Notes under the pieces: model-generated | Database searches by the model: none | What the model saw: only the letters and a program-made list of their open reading frames with translations | Told to the model about the DNA's origin: nothing | Shown: piece after piece, positions 42,932 to 53,385 of the stretch | Position numbering within the stretch: position 1 is the first letter of the stretch | Layout: each line of letters opens with the position of its first letter | Assembly: GCA_042408215.1 (NCBI GenBank) | Contig: JAYFMW010000005.1 | Location: 288,001-352,000, forward strand | Direction: 5' to 3' | Origin: Microcoleus sp. | Lineage (GTDB): Bacteria; Cyanobacteriota; Cyanobacteriia; Cyanobacteriales; Microcoleaceae | DNA: 64,000 nt | Made by a program: the position numbers and the translations under genes

Positions 42932-44917
42932 TTTAAGTAAGCCCACCTAAAAACCCATATCCCCGCAGGCTTTAAGAAGTCGGGGATCTAACAGCTATGG
43001 GATTTTACGTTTAATTAGAGCGATCTACTTATCGTAGGATTAATTTGTGGTTGTGAAAGTGTCAGAAAATTAACTTATGTTGAGTGCAGAAAGACTGTCA
43101 GAACAAGGTGTTTTTCCCGGAACGGTTGCGGGGATTTCGGCGGGAATTCCTGACCTCTTGGTTCCCAAGGAAGATCTGTTAAATCAGATGGCTGGAATCA
43201 AAGTCGGAGCCACAATGGCTGCGATAGATGCCAGGGATGATTTGACTCAAAAATCAGATTTTGGGGCTGCTGCGACGGTTGGTTCGATCGCCCTTTCTGA
43301 CAGTTTCTCCGATTTCGGCTTGCTGGTTCTAGGCGGCGACTCTCCTCAATTTGAAAATAGTCTCAAATCCCAGCCAGATATCTCCGGGAAAGTTCAACGA
43401 GACGAACTTACAGGGATGGATTTTGCGGTGGGCGATGGGGTTGGTGAACAATTGCGATCGGCATCCCGAACTGCTTCGCTAATCCCTTCAGAAAATGGGT
43501 CTTTTGATTTTCAAGATTATACCATCGAACACCAAGGTTTAAACACGCTCAACATCAAAGTTGATTACGAATTAAAACCGGGAATCGCCCAAGCAGAATA
43601 TCCCGATACTTGCTGCTATTTTATAAAAGTATAAACAATTTCCTAGTTAACTACCCGAACGAAACAGATTTCTGGGAAATTCTTAACAAAAATCTGACTC
43701 AAAAGGTGCTAGATGAAAATCCAGCACTGACAGATGTTGGCATTCAACTTGAAGTTTTGCCGACGAATCGATTACCTTACGATCGCACGAGCACAGTTTT
43801 CCGCAGCCGAGGGGGTAAATTACAGGAAGATTGGAATTTATCCTTGAACGACTACATCATAAATCACCAAGGATTGAACCAGATAAATCTCGATGTCAAT
43901 TACCAGTACAATCCGGGAATCACCACAGAAGAATATCCCGATACTTGCTGCTATTTTACAAGAGCATTGATAACTTTTTAACCAAATATCCGAAGGAAAC
44001 AGATTCCTGGGAAATTGTCAATAAAAAATTGACCAAAAATATCCTAGATGAAAATCCCGCCTTGGCGGCGATCGACATTAATTTAAGCGTTTTGCCAACC
44101 CCAGGATTGCCCTACAACCGTACCAGTAAAGTGAGCCGCACTCAAGCCAGCAATCCTCAAGGAACTTTTCTTGTCGGGAATACCAGGGGAAATAATGTAC
44201 TGCGATTTGACGGCAAAAATGGCAACTTTTTAGGGGAATTTATAACAGCGGGAAGTGGCGGTTTGTCAAATCCCGATACGATAATTTTCGGCCCAGACGG
44301 TAACGGTGACGGCAAATCCGACATTTACATTGCTAGCGGTGACAAAGCGGGAAATTCCGGCGAAGCCGCAGCATCTGCTGTGTTGCGGTACGACGGCATT
44401 ACAGGAGCATTTATTGACAAGTTTGTCGGCGACAATCCGAACACGGCGATCGATGAAACAGGCGGATTGTTTCGCCCTTATGGTTTAGCTTTTAGCCCGG
44501 ATGGGAATTTGTATGTCAGCAGTTTTTTGACTGACAAAATTCTCCGCTACAATGGCAAAACCGGGCAGTTTATTGATGTATTTGCTTCGGGAAATCAGCA
44601 AGGGGGAGGATTGAATGGGCCGAATGGTTTGTTGTTTGCTCCTGATGGCAATTTGTACGTGACAACGGAGGGGAGTATTGCTCGCGAGGGTCAAGCTGAT
44701 TTCAGCGCAAATTTACCCAGTCAGGTACTACGTTACAACCCGCAAACCAGGGAGTCAAGTATTTTTGCTTCCCCCGATCCTTCGCCTCGGAGTCAGGGTT
44801 TTGCGAGTCTTTTGGGAATGGCGATCGGGCCTGTTGATGGCGACATTTATGTGAGCGATTTTGCTAACGATATCAGGCGTTATAATCTAAAATTTGGGGA
44901 ATTAGTAGAGGTTTTAT

Positions 44918-46465
44918 AAGAAATACCCTGAAAACCCTGTGACTTTAGTCCAGGGATGAAAGGGCGTGGCAGGATAAATCCTGCCTGTTCGTAAGTTTCA
45001 AGATAACATAATGTTTAACCGTCCCCGGACAAATCCTTCTAGCAATTGAGACCAAGGTAAAGATTTGTTGAGGATTAATTAACTTGTTAATTCACGATAT
45101 ATACTAAACCTAGTATCATAACAGCCAGTAAATTAAATGTACGCAGTACAAAAAGATGTTTGGCATTTAAAAGGACTCGACAAAACCATTGTCGAACAAC
45201 TACTAAGATGGTCAAATAATCTGTTCAATGTCGGCACCTATGAAAGTCGGCAACAATACTTTAAGAACCCAAGCGTAGTTAAATATCCAGATTTGTATAA
45301 AATAGCCAAGACCAACGAAAATTACGGGTTGCTATACTCTCAAGTTGCCCAACAATCTCTTAAATCTGTCGCAGAATCTTTTACTTCTTTCCGAGCCTTA
45401 GAGAAGTTGGCAAATCAAGGAGAAATCCATCAAAAACCGAGAATACCAAGGTACAGAACCAAAGGGGGAATGTACCCCGTTTCATATCCCGGTCAAGCAT
45501 TAAAGGTAATTGGAAATAAAGTCAGATTACCCCTGGGGAAAAAAGGAAAAGAATACTTTGGGAAAGATGCGATTTGGGTGCCGCTACCTGAACGTATCAA
45601 GAATTGCCAGATCGAAGAACTCAGGTTAATCCCTAGAAATGGTGAGGTCTGGGTCGAATATGTCCACGAATCCCTGACTGAACAAGCCCCTAGTTGCAGC
45701 TTGGAAGTGACAGGGGTTCTGGGCATCGATCGCGGCATCAATAACTGGTTAACTTGTGTCTCTAGCAATGGTAAACCTTTCATCATTGATGGACTTAGAC
45801 TCAAGTCTTGGAACCAATGGTTTAATAAAGAAAAAGCGAGAGTTCAATCAGAACACGCAATACATAAACTGCCTAAAGGTTTCTCGTCAAAAAGATTGCA
45901 GCAGTTGTCGGAAACTCGCACTAGAAGGATGAGAGATGCTGTCAACAAAGCAGTTAGAACCATCGTAGATTATTGCGAAAATAACCAAATAAACGTCTTA
46001 GTCTTTGGCTGGAACAAGGCACAGAAGCAAGAGGTTAATATGGGGGTCGTAACTAATCAGAATTTTGTCCAAATACCCACAGCTAAAGTCAAAGATAGAC
46101 TCCAGCAAGAATGCGACTTAAGAGGGTGGCGATTTGTTGAACAAGACGAATCTTACACATCAAAAGCAAGTTTTTTAGACCGAGACATTTTGCCAGTAAA
46201 AGTCGGTGAAAAACCTGACAATTGGCAACCATCGGGTAAAAGAATCAAAAGAGGATTGTACTGTTCTAGCGCTGGGTTGTTAATCAATGCAGATGTTAAC
46301 GGTGCAGCCAATATCATTAGAAAGTCAAAAGTAGCCATAGACTCAATTCTTGAGCGAGTGGGTAGGGGGTTTCTGACTAACCCTTTAAGAATTAAACTTT
46401 GGGCGGATTCATCCCCCAAAGTTTGTCCTTAAGAATCCCCGTGTCTTTAGACCGGGGAGTGTCAA
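44918..46465 (+). mobile_element. tnpB-only IS605-family element inserted after TTAT with no target duplication
   Basis: Excision restores GTT TTA T|CT ACT AAT TAT (VLSTNY); right end GAAT-hairpin-TCAA. Confidence 0.95.
45137..46432 (+). CDS. tnpB: TnpB, zinc-finger-less type with displaced RuvC glutamate
   Basis: GIDRG, FGWN, QDESYTSKASFLD, INADVNGA. Confidence 0.92.
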   Translation: MYAVQKDVWHLKGLDKTIVEQLLRWSNNLFNVGTYESRQQYFKNPSVVKYPDLYKIAKTNENYGLLYSQVAQQSLKSVAESFTSFRALEKLANQGEIHQKPRIPRYRTKGGMYPVSYPGQALKVIGNKVRLPLGKKGKEYFGKDAIWVPLPERIKNCQIEELRLIPRNGEVWVEYVHESLTEQAPSCSLEVTGVLGIDRGINNWLTCVSSNGKPFIIDGLRLKSWNQWFNKEKARVQSEHAIHKLPKGFSSKRLQQLSETRTRRMRDAVNKAVRTIVDYCENNQINVLVFGWNKAQKQEVNMGVVTNQNFVQIPTAKVKDRLQQECDLRGWRFVEQDESYTSKASFLDRDILPVKVGEKPDNWQPSGKRIKRGLYCSSAGLLINADVNGAANIIRKSKVAIDSILERVGRGFLTNPLRIKLWADSSPKVCP

Positions 46466-47874
46466 CTACTAATTATACTGAGACTTTACCCAGCAGCAAT
46501 TATCTGGGCGGTTTGGCTTTTTCGCCGATCGGCAATTTGTTTGCAGTTGGCTTCGACAACCGCGCCAATGCTAACGGTGCCGGTGCAGTTTTGCGCTACA
46601 ATGGCAAGACGGGCGACCCGCTGCCATTAGTTGCGAATCCTGGAACATTTCCCAGTCCTATTTTTGTCTCTCCCGACAGCAAGTTACAGCGTCCGATCGC
46701 GATTTCGTTCTTTCCGTCCGATGCTACATTGACCGAAAAGTGGAATTTTCCGATCGCCAATTACCCAATTAATCATCAAGGGTTAAAAAACCTGAATTTA
46801 GATGTAAATTACAAGTATCAAGATGGAATTAAAAATTTCCAGCATCCAGATTTTGTGCCAATTTACAAAACCCTTGACAATCAGTTAGTTAATTCCCAGA
46901 ATGAAACTGATGTTTCGGAAATAGTTAATAAAAAATTGACCCAAAAAGTGATAGAGTCAAGTATCCTAAACTTGACTCTGTGACTGTGAATTTGGATGTT
47001 TTGCCAACCCACCGATTACCTTACAATCGCAACAGTACAGTTACTCGCACTCAAGATGGTAAATTAGGGGAAGCCTGGGATTTCAAGTTGGCTAATTACT
47101 CGATCGATCGTCAGGGTTTGAACAACCTAAATATTGATGTCAAGTATCAGTACAAACCAGGAATTACCCAGGATGAATATCCCGACACTTGACTCTGTTT
47201 TACAAAAGCATTGACAATTTCTTGGCTAATTACCCCAATGAAACGGATGTCTGGGAGGTAGTGAATCAGAATTTGACCCAAAAGGTGCTAGCTGAAAATC
47301 CGGCTTTGGATTCGCTGCAAATTGGCCTTGATCTGTTGCCGACCAATAAATTACCTTACGACAGGGCAAGTATTGTGGCGATCGCTTAGCAACGGATCGG
47401 TGCTACTATATCAAACAGGACAAGGGCCCAATATTTGTTGGGCCTGTTTTTTGGGGTGGTTGTGGCTAGAATCAACTTGTAGGGTGCTCTACTGCATTGT
47501 TGATTTCGATTTCAACAGGTTTGGACGCTCCGGAACACCCTACGCAACCAAGAAGCAGGAAGAAAACACGCCGATCTAGTCGCACGTCCAGATAAGTCGG
47601 GCTTTCTCTGAGCTGAGGTAAGTTTTTTAGAGTGGCGGAGGCAAAAGTGTATCTTTGGATAGATGTTTATTATACCAAAAAATATTTTATCCAGAGATGT
47701 ACACTGGCGATCGACTAGCAAATTGTGGCCGCAGGTAAAGCAGGCCACGAGACAAATTTTCACTTGTTTGTTGATGAACGATCAAAATTTAAGAAATAAT
47801 GGAAGTATTAGAGCTCGTTTGAATAACAGAACGCTTCCTCCTCCTATTTAAGTCAAAATATTTAAGTCAAAGGA

Positions 47875-50703
47875 TTGATTGTGAAAACCCTAAATATCCT
47901 CTTGGTAGAAGACAGTCCGCTGGATGCTGAACTGATTCAAGTCTATCTAATTGATGGTGGGATCGAGTACGATCTGCTGTGCGTGGAAACGCGGGAAGAG
48001 TTTGTCGCGGCACTGGAAAACAACAGTTTTGATATTATTTTGGCAGATTATATGCTGCCTGGGTTTAACGGGATAGCAGCGCTGGAAATAGCCCGGGCTA
48101 CTTGTCCGCAGCTACCGTTTATTTTTGTATCGGCTCCCTTTGATGAACAACTGGGCGAAGAAGTGGCGATCGAAACTTTGAAAAGTGGTGCTACAGATTA
48201 CGCGATCGAACCCCGTTTGACGAGGCTGGTGCCTTCAATTCAGCGGGCCATGCGGGAAGTTCAAGAACGGATGGAACGCAAGCAAGCCGAGGCACAGCGC
48301 CAAGACAGCGAAGATAGATTTCGGATCGTCGCAGACACCGCGCCGGTGATGATTTGGATGTCTGACACTGACAAACTTTGCGATTACTTTAACGAAGTTT
48401 GGCGATCGTTTACGGGCAGAACTTTGGAACAAGAAATGGGCAACGGTTGGATGGAAGGGGTACACCCAGACGATTTGCAACACTATCTGGAGACGCGCTC
48501 TGCTGCTTTCGAGGCCGAAGCCGAGTACCGCGCGGAGTACCGTCTGAGGCGCTTTGACGGCGAGTACAGGTGGGTTTTGGGTACGGGGGTACCCCGGTAC
48601 AGACCCGATGGCACTTTTGCAGGTTACATCGGTTCCTGCATTGATATTGGCGATCGCTTCCAAGCAGAACAAGAAGGCACCGCCACCTTGGTAAGAGAAC
48701 AAGTAGCCCGCGCCCAAGCGGAAGCGACAGCACAAGAACTGCTTGAGGCTAACTGGCGCATTACTAACATTCTCGAAACCATTAGCGACAGTTTTGTCAG
48801 CGTCGATTTGGAGTGGAAGTACACCTATGTCAACCGCAAAGCTCTTGAATTTTTGGGCAAGTCGAAAGCTGAGTTGATCGGCAAAAATATGTGGGAAGTG
48901 TTTCCTGATGCAGTTAATACCCCTGGTTACAAAATGGCTCAGAAAGCACTTGCCGAAGGCTTAACCCTGGAATATGAAGAATTCCATCCATTTCCGAATC
49001 AGTGGTTGGCAGTGCGCTGCTATCCGTCGGAGTATGGTTTGTCTATTTATTTCCAAGACATTACCGATCGCAAGCAAACAGAAGCAGCACTAAAAGCTAG
49101 CTCGGCCAAGCTGAGGTGTTTAGTAGAAGCTAACTTGATCGGAATTCTGTTCGGCGATGTTGACGGCGACATCAGCGAGGCAAATGACGAATTTTTGCGT
49201 ATGGTTGGCTACAGGCGGGAAGACTTGCAGGGCGGGAAAATCCGCTGGATTGACATTACGCCGCCGGAGTACCTGTCTCTCGACGAGATCAAGATTGCAG
49301 AGGCAAAAGCAACGGGGATTTGCACTCCTTACGAAAAGGAATACCTGCGGCCCGACGGCAGCCGAATTCCGGCGTTAGTGGGGTATATTTTGTTGGGGGA
49401 AAATCGGCAAGAATCTGTAGCTTTCATTCTCGATTTGAGCGAGAGAAAGCAGTTAGAAATAGAACTTCAGAATCGAGCCGAGGAGTTAGCCCGCGTCAAC
49501 CGGATTAAAGACGATTTTCTGGCTACTTTGTCCCACGAATTGCGGACACCGTTGAATGTCATCCTGGGGTGGACGCAACTGCTACGCTATCAGAAATTTG
49601 ACGAAACAACTACTGTTCGGGCTCTGGAAACGATCGACCGTAATAGCAGAGCCCTGGGGACACTAATCGAGGATTTGCTAGATGTGTCCCAGATTATTAC
49701 TGGTAAGTTACCTCTGAATTTCCGGTGTGTGGATTTGAGGCCAAGCATTCAGGCGGCGATTGACACTTGTGCACCCGCCGCTAGGGCAAAAAATATTGAA
49801 ATTGTCACCGAATTTGACCAGACAATCGGGCCAATTTACGGAGATTCGGAGCGCTTGCAGCAGGTGGCGTGGAATTTGATCTCGAACGCGATTAAGTTTA
49901 CTCCCCATGGCGGGGTGGTGGCAGTTGCTGTGAGGAAGGTGGAGGGCGCCTTTGCTACCAAGCTCCCAGAAAGGGAAAATTTGTTGCCAGCTGTTGTCGA
50001 AATTGAGGTAGAGGATACCGGAGGAGGGATTAGCCCGGAATTTTTACCTCGGGTTTTCGAGCGCTTCAGCCAAGCTGACAGTACGACAACCCGATCGTAC
50101 AACGGATTGGGCATGGGTTTGGCGATCGTCCGCCATTTGGTGGAAATGCACGGCGGTACGGTGAAAGCCGAATCTGCTGGGAATGGAAAAGGAGCGAGGT
50201 TTTTGGTGAAGCTGCCGATGCAACAGACAAAGGACGACTTTGCCTGTGTTGTGGCTGAGCCTGGGGAGTTTTTGATGCGACAAAAAAGCGCGATCGCGCC
50301 TGTAGATGAGTTGTTTGTCAGTACCAATCTTTCGGGAGTGCGGGTGTTGGTAGTCGATCGGGACGAAGATACCCGGAATTTTGCCCGTGCAGTCCTCGAA
50401 GATTGCGGAGCCGAGGTGGAGACCGTTGTCTCGGTAGCGGAGGTCTTGGAGGCGATGGAAAGGCTGAATCCTGATGTATTAGTGAGCGATATCGGGCTGC
50501 CGATGGCAGACGGCGACGACCTGCTCCGCCAGGTGCGATCGATTTGTGGCTGTGCCAAAATTCCGGCGGTAGCCTTCACAGCTTATGGCAGAGTTGAGGA
50601 ACGGGTTCGAGCCTTGCGAGAAGGCTTTCAACTTCATTTACCCAAGCCGATCGATCCTGCTGAGTTGGTGGCGGCTGTGGCAAGTTTGGTCATTAGTCAT
50701 TAG
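47875..50703 (+). CDS. Hybrid sensor kinase REC-PAS(x3)-HisKA-HATPase-REC
   Basis: LLVEDS, PAS motifs, LSHELRTPL, NAIKFT, GLGMGL, C-terminal VSDIG receiver. Confidence 0.93.
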   Translation: MIVKTLNILLVEDSPLDAELIQVYLIDGGIEYDLLCVETREEFVAALENNSFDIILADYMLPGFNGIAALEIARATCPQLPFIFVSAPFDEQLGEEVAIETLKSGATDYAIEPRLTRLVPSIQRAMREVQERMERKQAEAQRQDSEDRFRIVADTAPVMIWMSDTDKLCDYFNEVWRSFTGRTLEQEMGNGWMEGVHPDDLQHYLETRSAAFEAEAEYRAEYRLRRFDGEYRWVLGTGVPRYRPDGTFAGYIGSCIDIGDRFQAEQEGTATLVREQVARAQAEATAQELLEANWRITNILETISDSFVSVDLEWKYTYVNRKALEFLGKSKAELIGKNMWEVFPDAVNTPGYKMAQKALAEGLTLEYEEFHPFPNQWLAVRCYPSEYGLSIYFQDITDRKQTEAALKASSAKLRCLVEANLIGILFGDVDGDISEANDEFLRMVGYRREDLQGGKIRWIDITPPEYLSLDEIKIAEAKATGICTPYEKEYLRPDGSRIPALVGYILLGENRQESVAFILDLSERKQLEIELQNRAEELARVNRIKDDFLATLSHELRTPLNVILGWTQLLRYQKFDETTTVRALETIDRNSRALGTLIEDLLDVSQIITGKLPLNFRCVDLRPSIQAAIDTCAPAARAKNIEIVTEFDQTIGPIYGDSERLQQVAWNLISNAIKFTPHGGVVAVAVRKVEGAFATKLPERENLLPAVVEIEVEDTGGGISPEFLPRVFERFSQADSTTTRSYNGLGMGLAIVRHLVEMHGGTVKAESAGNGKGARFLVKLPMQQTKDDFACVVAEPGEFLMRQKSAIAPVDELFVSTNLSGVRVLVVDRDEDTRNFARAVLEDCGAEVETVVSVAEVLEAMERLNPDVLVSDIGLPMADGDDLLRQVRSICGCAKIPAVAFTAYGRVEERVRALREGFQLHLPKPIDPAELVAAVASLVISH

Positions 50704-50990
50704 TCATTAGTCATTAGTTATTAGTCATTAGTCATTAGTCATTAGTCATTAGTCATTAGTCATTAGTCATTAGTCATTAGTCATTAGTTATTGGTTAGTT
50801 GTTAGTTGTTAGTTGACGGTTGACTGTTGACTGTTGACTGTTGACTGTCTTAATGCCCCATGCCCCATGCCCCATGCCCCATGCCCCATGCCCCATGCCC
50901 CATGCCCCATGCCCCATGCCCCATGCCCCATCTTTGTTATTTGTTATTTGTTGGTTGTTCCTTCTAATAACCAATAACTAATAACCAATT
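50690..50990. repeat. Composite STRR tract: (TCATTAG)n, (TTGACTG)n, (ATGCCCC)n
   Basis: Direct heptamer runs. Confidence 0.95.
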
Positions 50991-50998
50991 CCCTTTAC

Positions 50999-52374
50999 CA
51001 AAAATTTGGGCGGAGCGTAGCGGAGGGCTAAAGCCCCGTCCTTCTAGGACGGCTTTAATTTCTACAAAGTGTAAATAATTATTAAACCTACGCACTTTTT
51101 GAACACAGTGCTTTGTGAAAATGATAGAATAATTGGCATGATAACATTAGAGTTTAAATTAAAAGGCAAATCGCAGCAATACCGGATTATCGACGAAATG
51201 ATCCGCACAGCGCAATTTGTCCGAAATAAAACTCTTAGACATTGGATCGACAATCAAGGAGTTAAGTTAGTCGATCTATACAAACAATGCGCCATCATGG
51301 CGAAAGAGTTTGAATGGGCGGGTAAGCTTAACTCAACGGCACGTCAAGCTTCGGCGGAACGTACCATTTTTGCTATCCAACGTTTTTTCTCAAATTGCCA
51401 AGCCCAAAAACCAGGAAAAAAAGGATACCCGCAGTTTAAGAAACACACCCGTTCCGTAGAGTACAAACAGTCCGGTTGGTCGCTTTCTAACGACAAAAGA
51501 TGCTTGACGTTTAAAGACGGCTTCGCTGCTGGAAAGTTCAAGTTAATCGGTAGTCGAGATTTGCACTTTTATGCGCCTGGTGAAATCAAACGAATCAGAG
51601 TAATCCGTCGTGCCGATGGCTACTACGCTCAGTTTTGTATCGACGTGGAACGGACAGAGGAAACAATTCCTACTGGCAAAGCCGTAGGGCTGGATGTAGG
51701 TTTAAACCATTTCTACACCGACAGTGCCGGGGCAACGGTTCCAAATCCTCGACATCTCCGTAAAACTGAAAAAGCTTTAAAACGAACACAGAAACGAGTT
51801 TCCAGAAAAAAGAAAGGTTCTAGTAATCGCAAAAAAGCTATCAACAGGTTGGGGAGAAAACACCTAAAAGTTAGTAGGGAACGCAAAGACTTCGCCATCA
51901 AGACGGCGTTGTGTGTAGTAAAATCTAACGATTTTGTAGCCTAGGTCGACCTTCAGGTAAAAAATATGGTGAAAAACCATAAGCTTGCAAAATCAATTAG
52001 CGATGCAGCTTGGTCGCAGACTTGATCATTATTTGCAATACTTTGGAAAAGTGTACGGTAAAACAGTAGTTGCTGTCAATCCTCAGTATACTTCCCAAGA
52101 TTGTTCAAGTTGTGGGAATCGTGTTAAGAAAACGCTATCAACTAGAACCCATATTTGCGGATGTGGGGCGGTATTAGACCGTGACCACAATGCAGCTCTG
52201 AATATTCTGGCAAAAGGATTGAAAGCCCGTGCAGGAATTAATCTAAATACGGTGGGGCACACCGGAATTAACGCTTGGGGACAGAACGACCTCTACTCGT
52301 TGGTGGTAGCATCAACGGGCAAGCCGACTGACTGAACCAAGAATCAAGAGTGCCTGATAGCCGAGGAGTGTCAA
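50999..52374 (+). mobile_element. Second copy of the 35397-36769 IS605-family element
   Basis: TTAC target, same end hairpins, high similarity to the first copy. Confidence 0.92.
51138..52335 (+). pseudogene. tnpB: TnpB pseudogene (TAG at 51942, extra base near 52020)
   Basis: YEDL has become *VDL; frameshift after AAWSQ relative to the intact copy. Confidence 0.9.
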
Positions 52375-52499
52375 AGAGGCGGATTTGTCAAGCCCCAAAA
52401 CTTTTAAACTTAACGGACGTTCCCAAAAAGCCAACTCCAGCCCCGTGCTTTCACACCTGGGTATGTCAGCAATTCGCCGATGGGAATGCGACTGAAGAT

Positions 52500-52694
52500 T
52501 CAACGGCTAGCTACCAGTTGAATCCTGCCTGCATCCATTTCATCCATCAATAACTCTAAAGCCTCATAATCAACATCAGAGATGTGACCGCTTCGGGTGA
52601 GTTCGTAATTGATTTCATTCTCAATGTCAGGCGTCAGCCGCTTGATGTAGAGAGCTTTTTCTACAAGTTTACGAATAGCATGAGTTGCTTGCAT
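52500..52694 (-). CDS. Small hypothetical protein
   Basis: 64 aa IRKLVEKAL..LTP..E...EALELLM....GRI; GGAG upstream. Confidence 0.75.
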   Translation of the reverse strand: MQATHAIRKLVEKALYIKRLTPDIENEINYELTRSGHISDVDYEALELLMDEMDAGRIQLVASR

Positions 52695-52749
52695 AGTAGA
52701 TCATAGAACTCCGTATATTTCAATTTTCCTATGAATTCTCAATCCGGCG

Positions 52750-52788
52750 CGTGATCTGAATCAGAAGTAACAAGTGATTTCAATTACA
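52750..52788. promoter_or_regulatory. Two CRP-like boxes
   Basis: CGTGA-N6-TCAGA (52750-52765) and AGTGA-N6-TTACA (52773-52788) against consensus TGTGA-N6-TCACA. Confidence 0.5.
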
Positions 52789-53385
52789 TTCTTGAAGTTT
52801 ACCGAAAGCATCCAGGGTAAAAAGCCCCCAGATTTATTCCTTCGCAGACTCAGGAACGGGTCGCTTTCTTTAATCTAAAATCTCAAATCTTAAATCGAAG
52901 TTACCTAACAGCTAGGGCAACTCTTGGCATTTTTGACAACGGCCAAGAGTAAATATCCGGCGATGAGTAAGAAACAGTAAGTAGAAGGAAGAAGGAAGAA
53001 GGAAGCAGGAAGAAGCAAGCAGGAAGAGTGCTTATATAGCAAGCTTTATTGCCATCTGTATCTGACGTTTAATGAGGTGGATTTACTGATTGAGTATTGG
53101 TTGAAAATGTACTAGGATCGGGATGATTCTAGAACTTAGTCAACTTGACAGAGTTTTTGAGAGATTTGATAATGCAGTGCGCTGAGCGTAGTCGAAGTGT
53201 CGAGATCTTTGAAGCTGAAAACCAGTGCCTAAACAGCCACGAGTAGAGGCGAGGCGAATTGGACAAGCGGGCAACAAAACCGATCGAATTCGGTGAAACG
53301 CCTGAAAATACAAGAACTACTCATGGCGTATTGGCAGATTTTAAGGTAAGCTCTTAGACAGTCGCAATTATTAGCGAGTCGAGCC

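Larger units (their letters stand above)
43077..47389 (+). pseudogene. Protein with four ~105-aa repeats flanking an NHL/beta-propeller; interrupted by an IS605 element and four frameshifts
   Basis: HQGL..N.DV.Y...YPD..YK..NFL..YPNETD.WE repeats; GLAFSPDGNLYV propeller blades; reading frame resumes after IS removal. Confidence 0.85.

Noticed and set aside
45137..46432. Cas12f effector
   Set aside because: Enclosed by IS605 ends inserted in a gene, with no CRISPR repeats
43077..47389. Diversity-generating retroelement template/variable repeats
   Set aside because: Differences between repeats are not adenine-specific and there is no reverse transcriptase in the window
49836..50579. 247-aa antisense ORF (also 53968-54663, 58194-59036 and similar)
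   Set aside because: Shadow ORFs opposite well-supported genes, with no motifs
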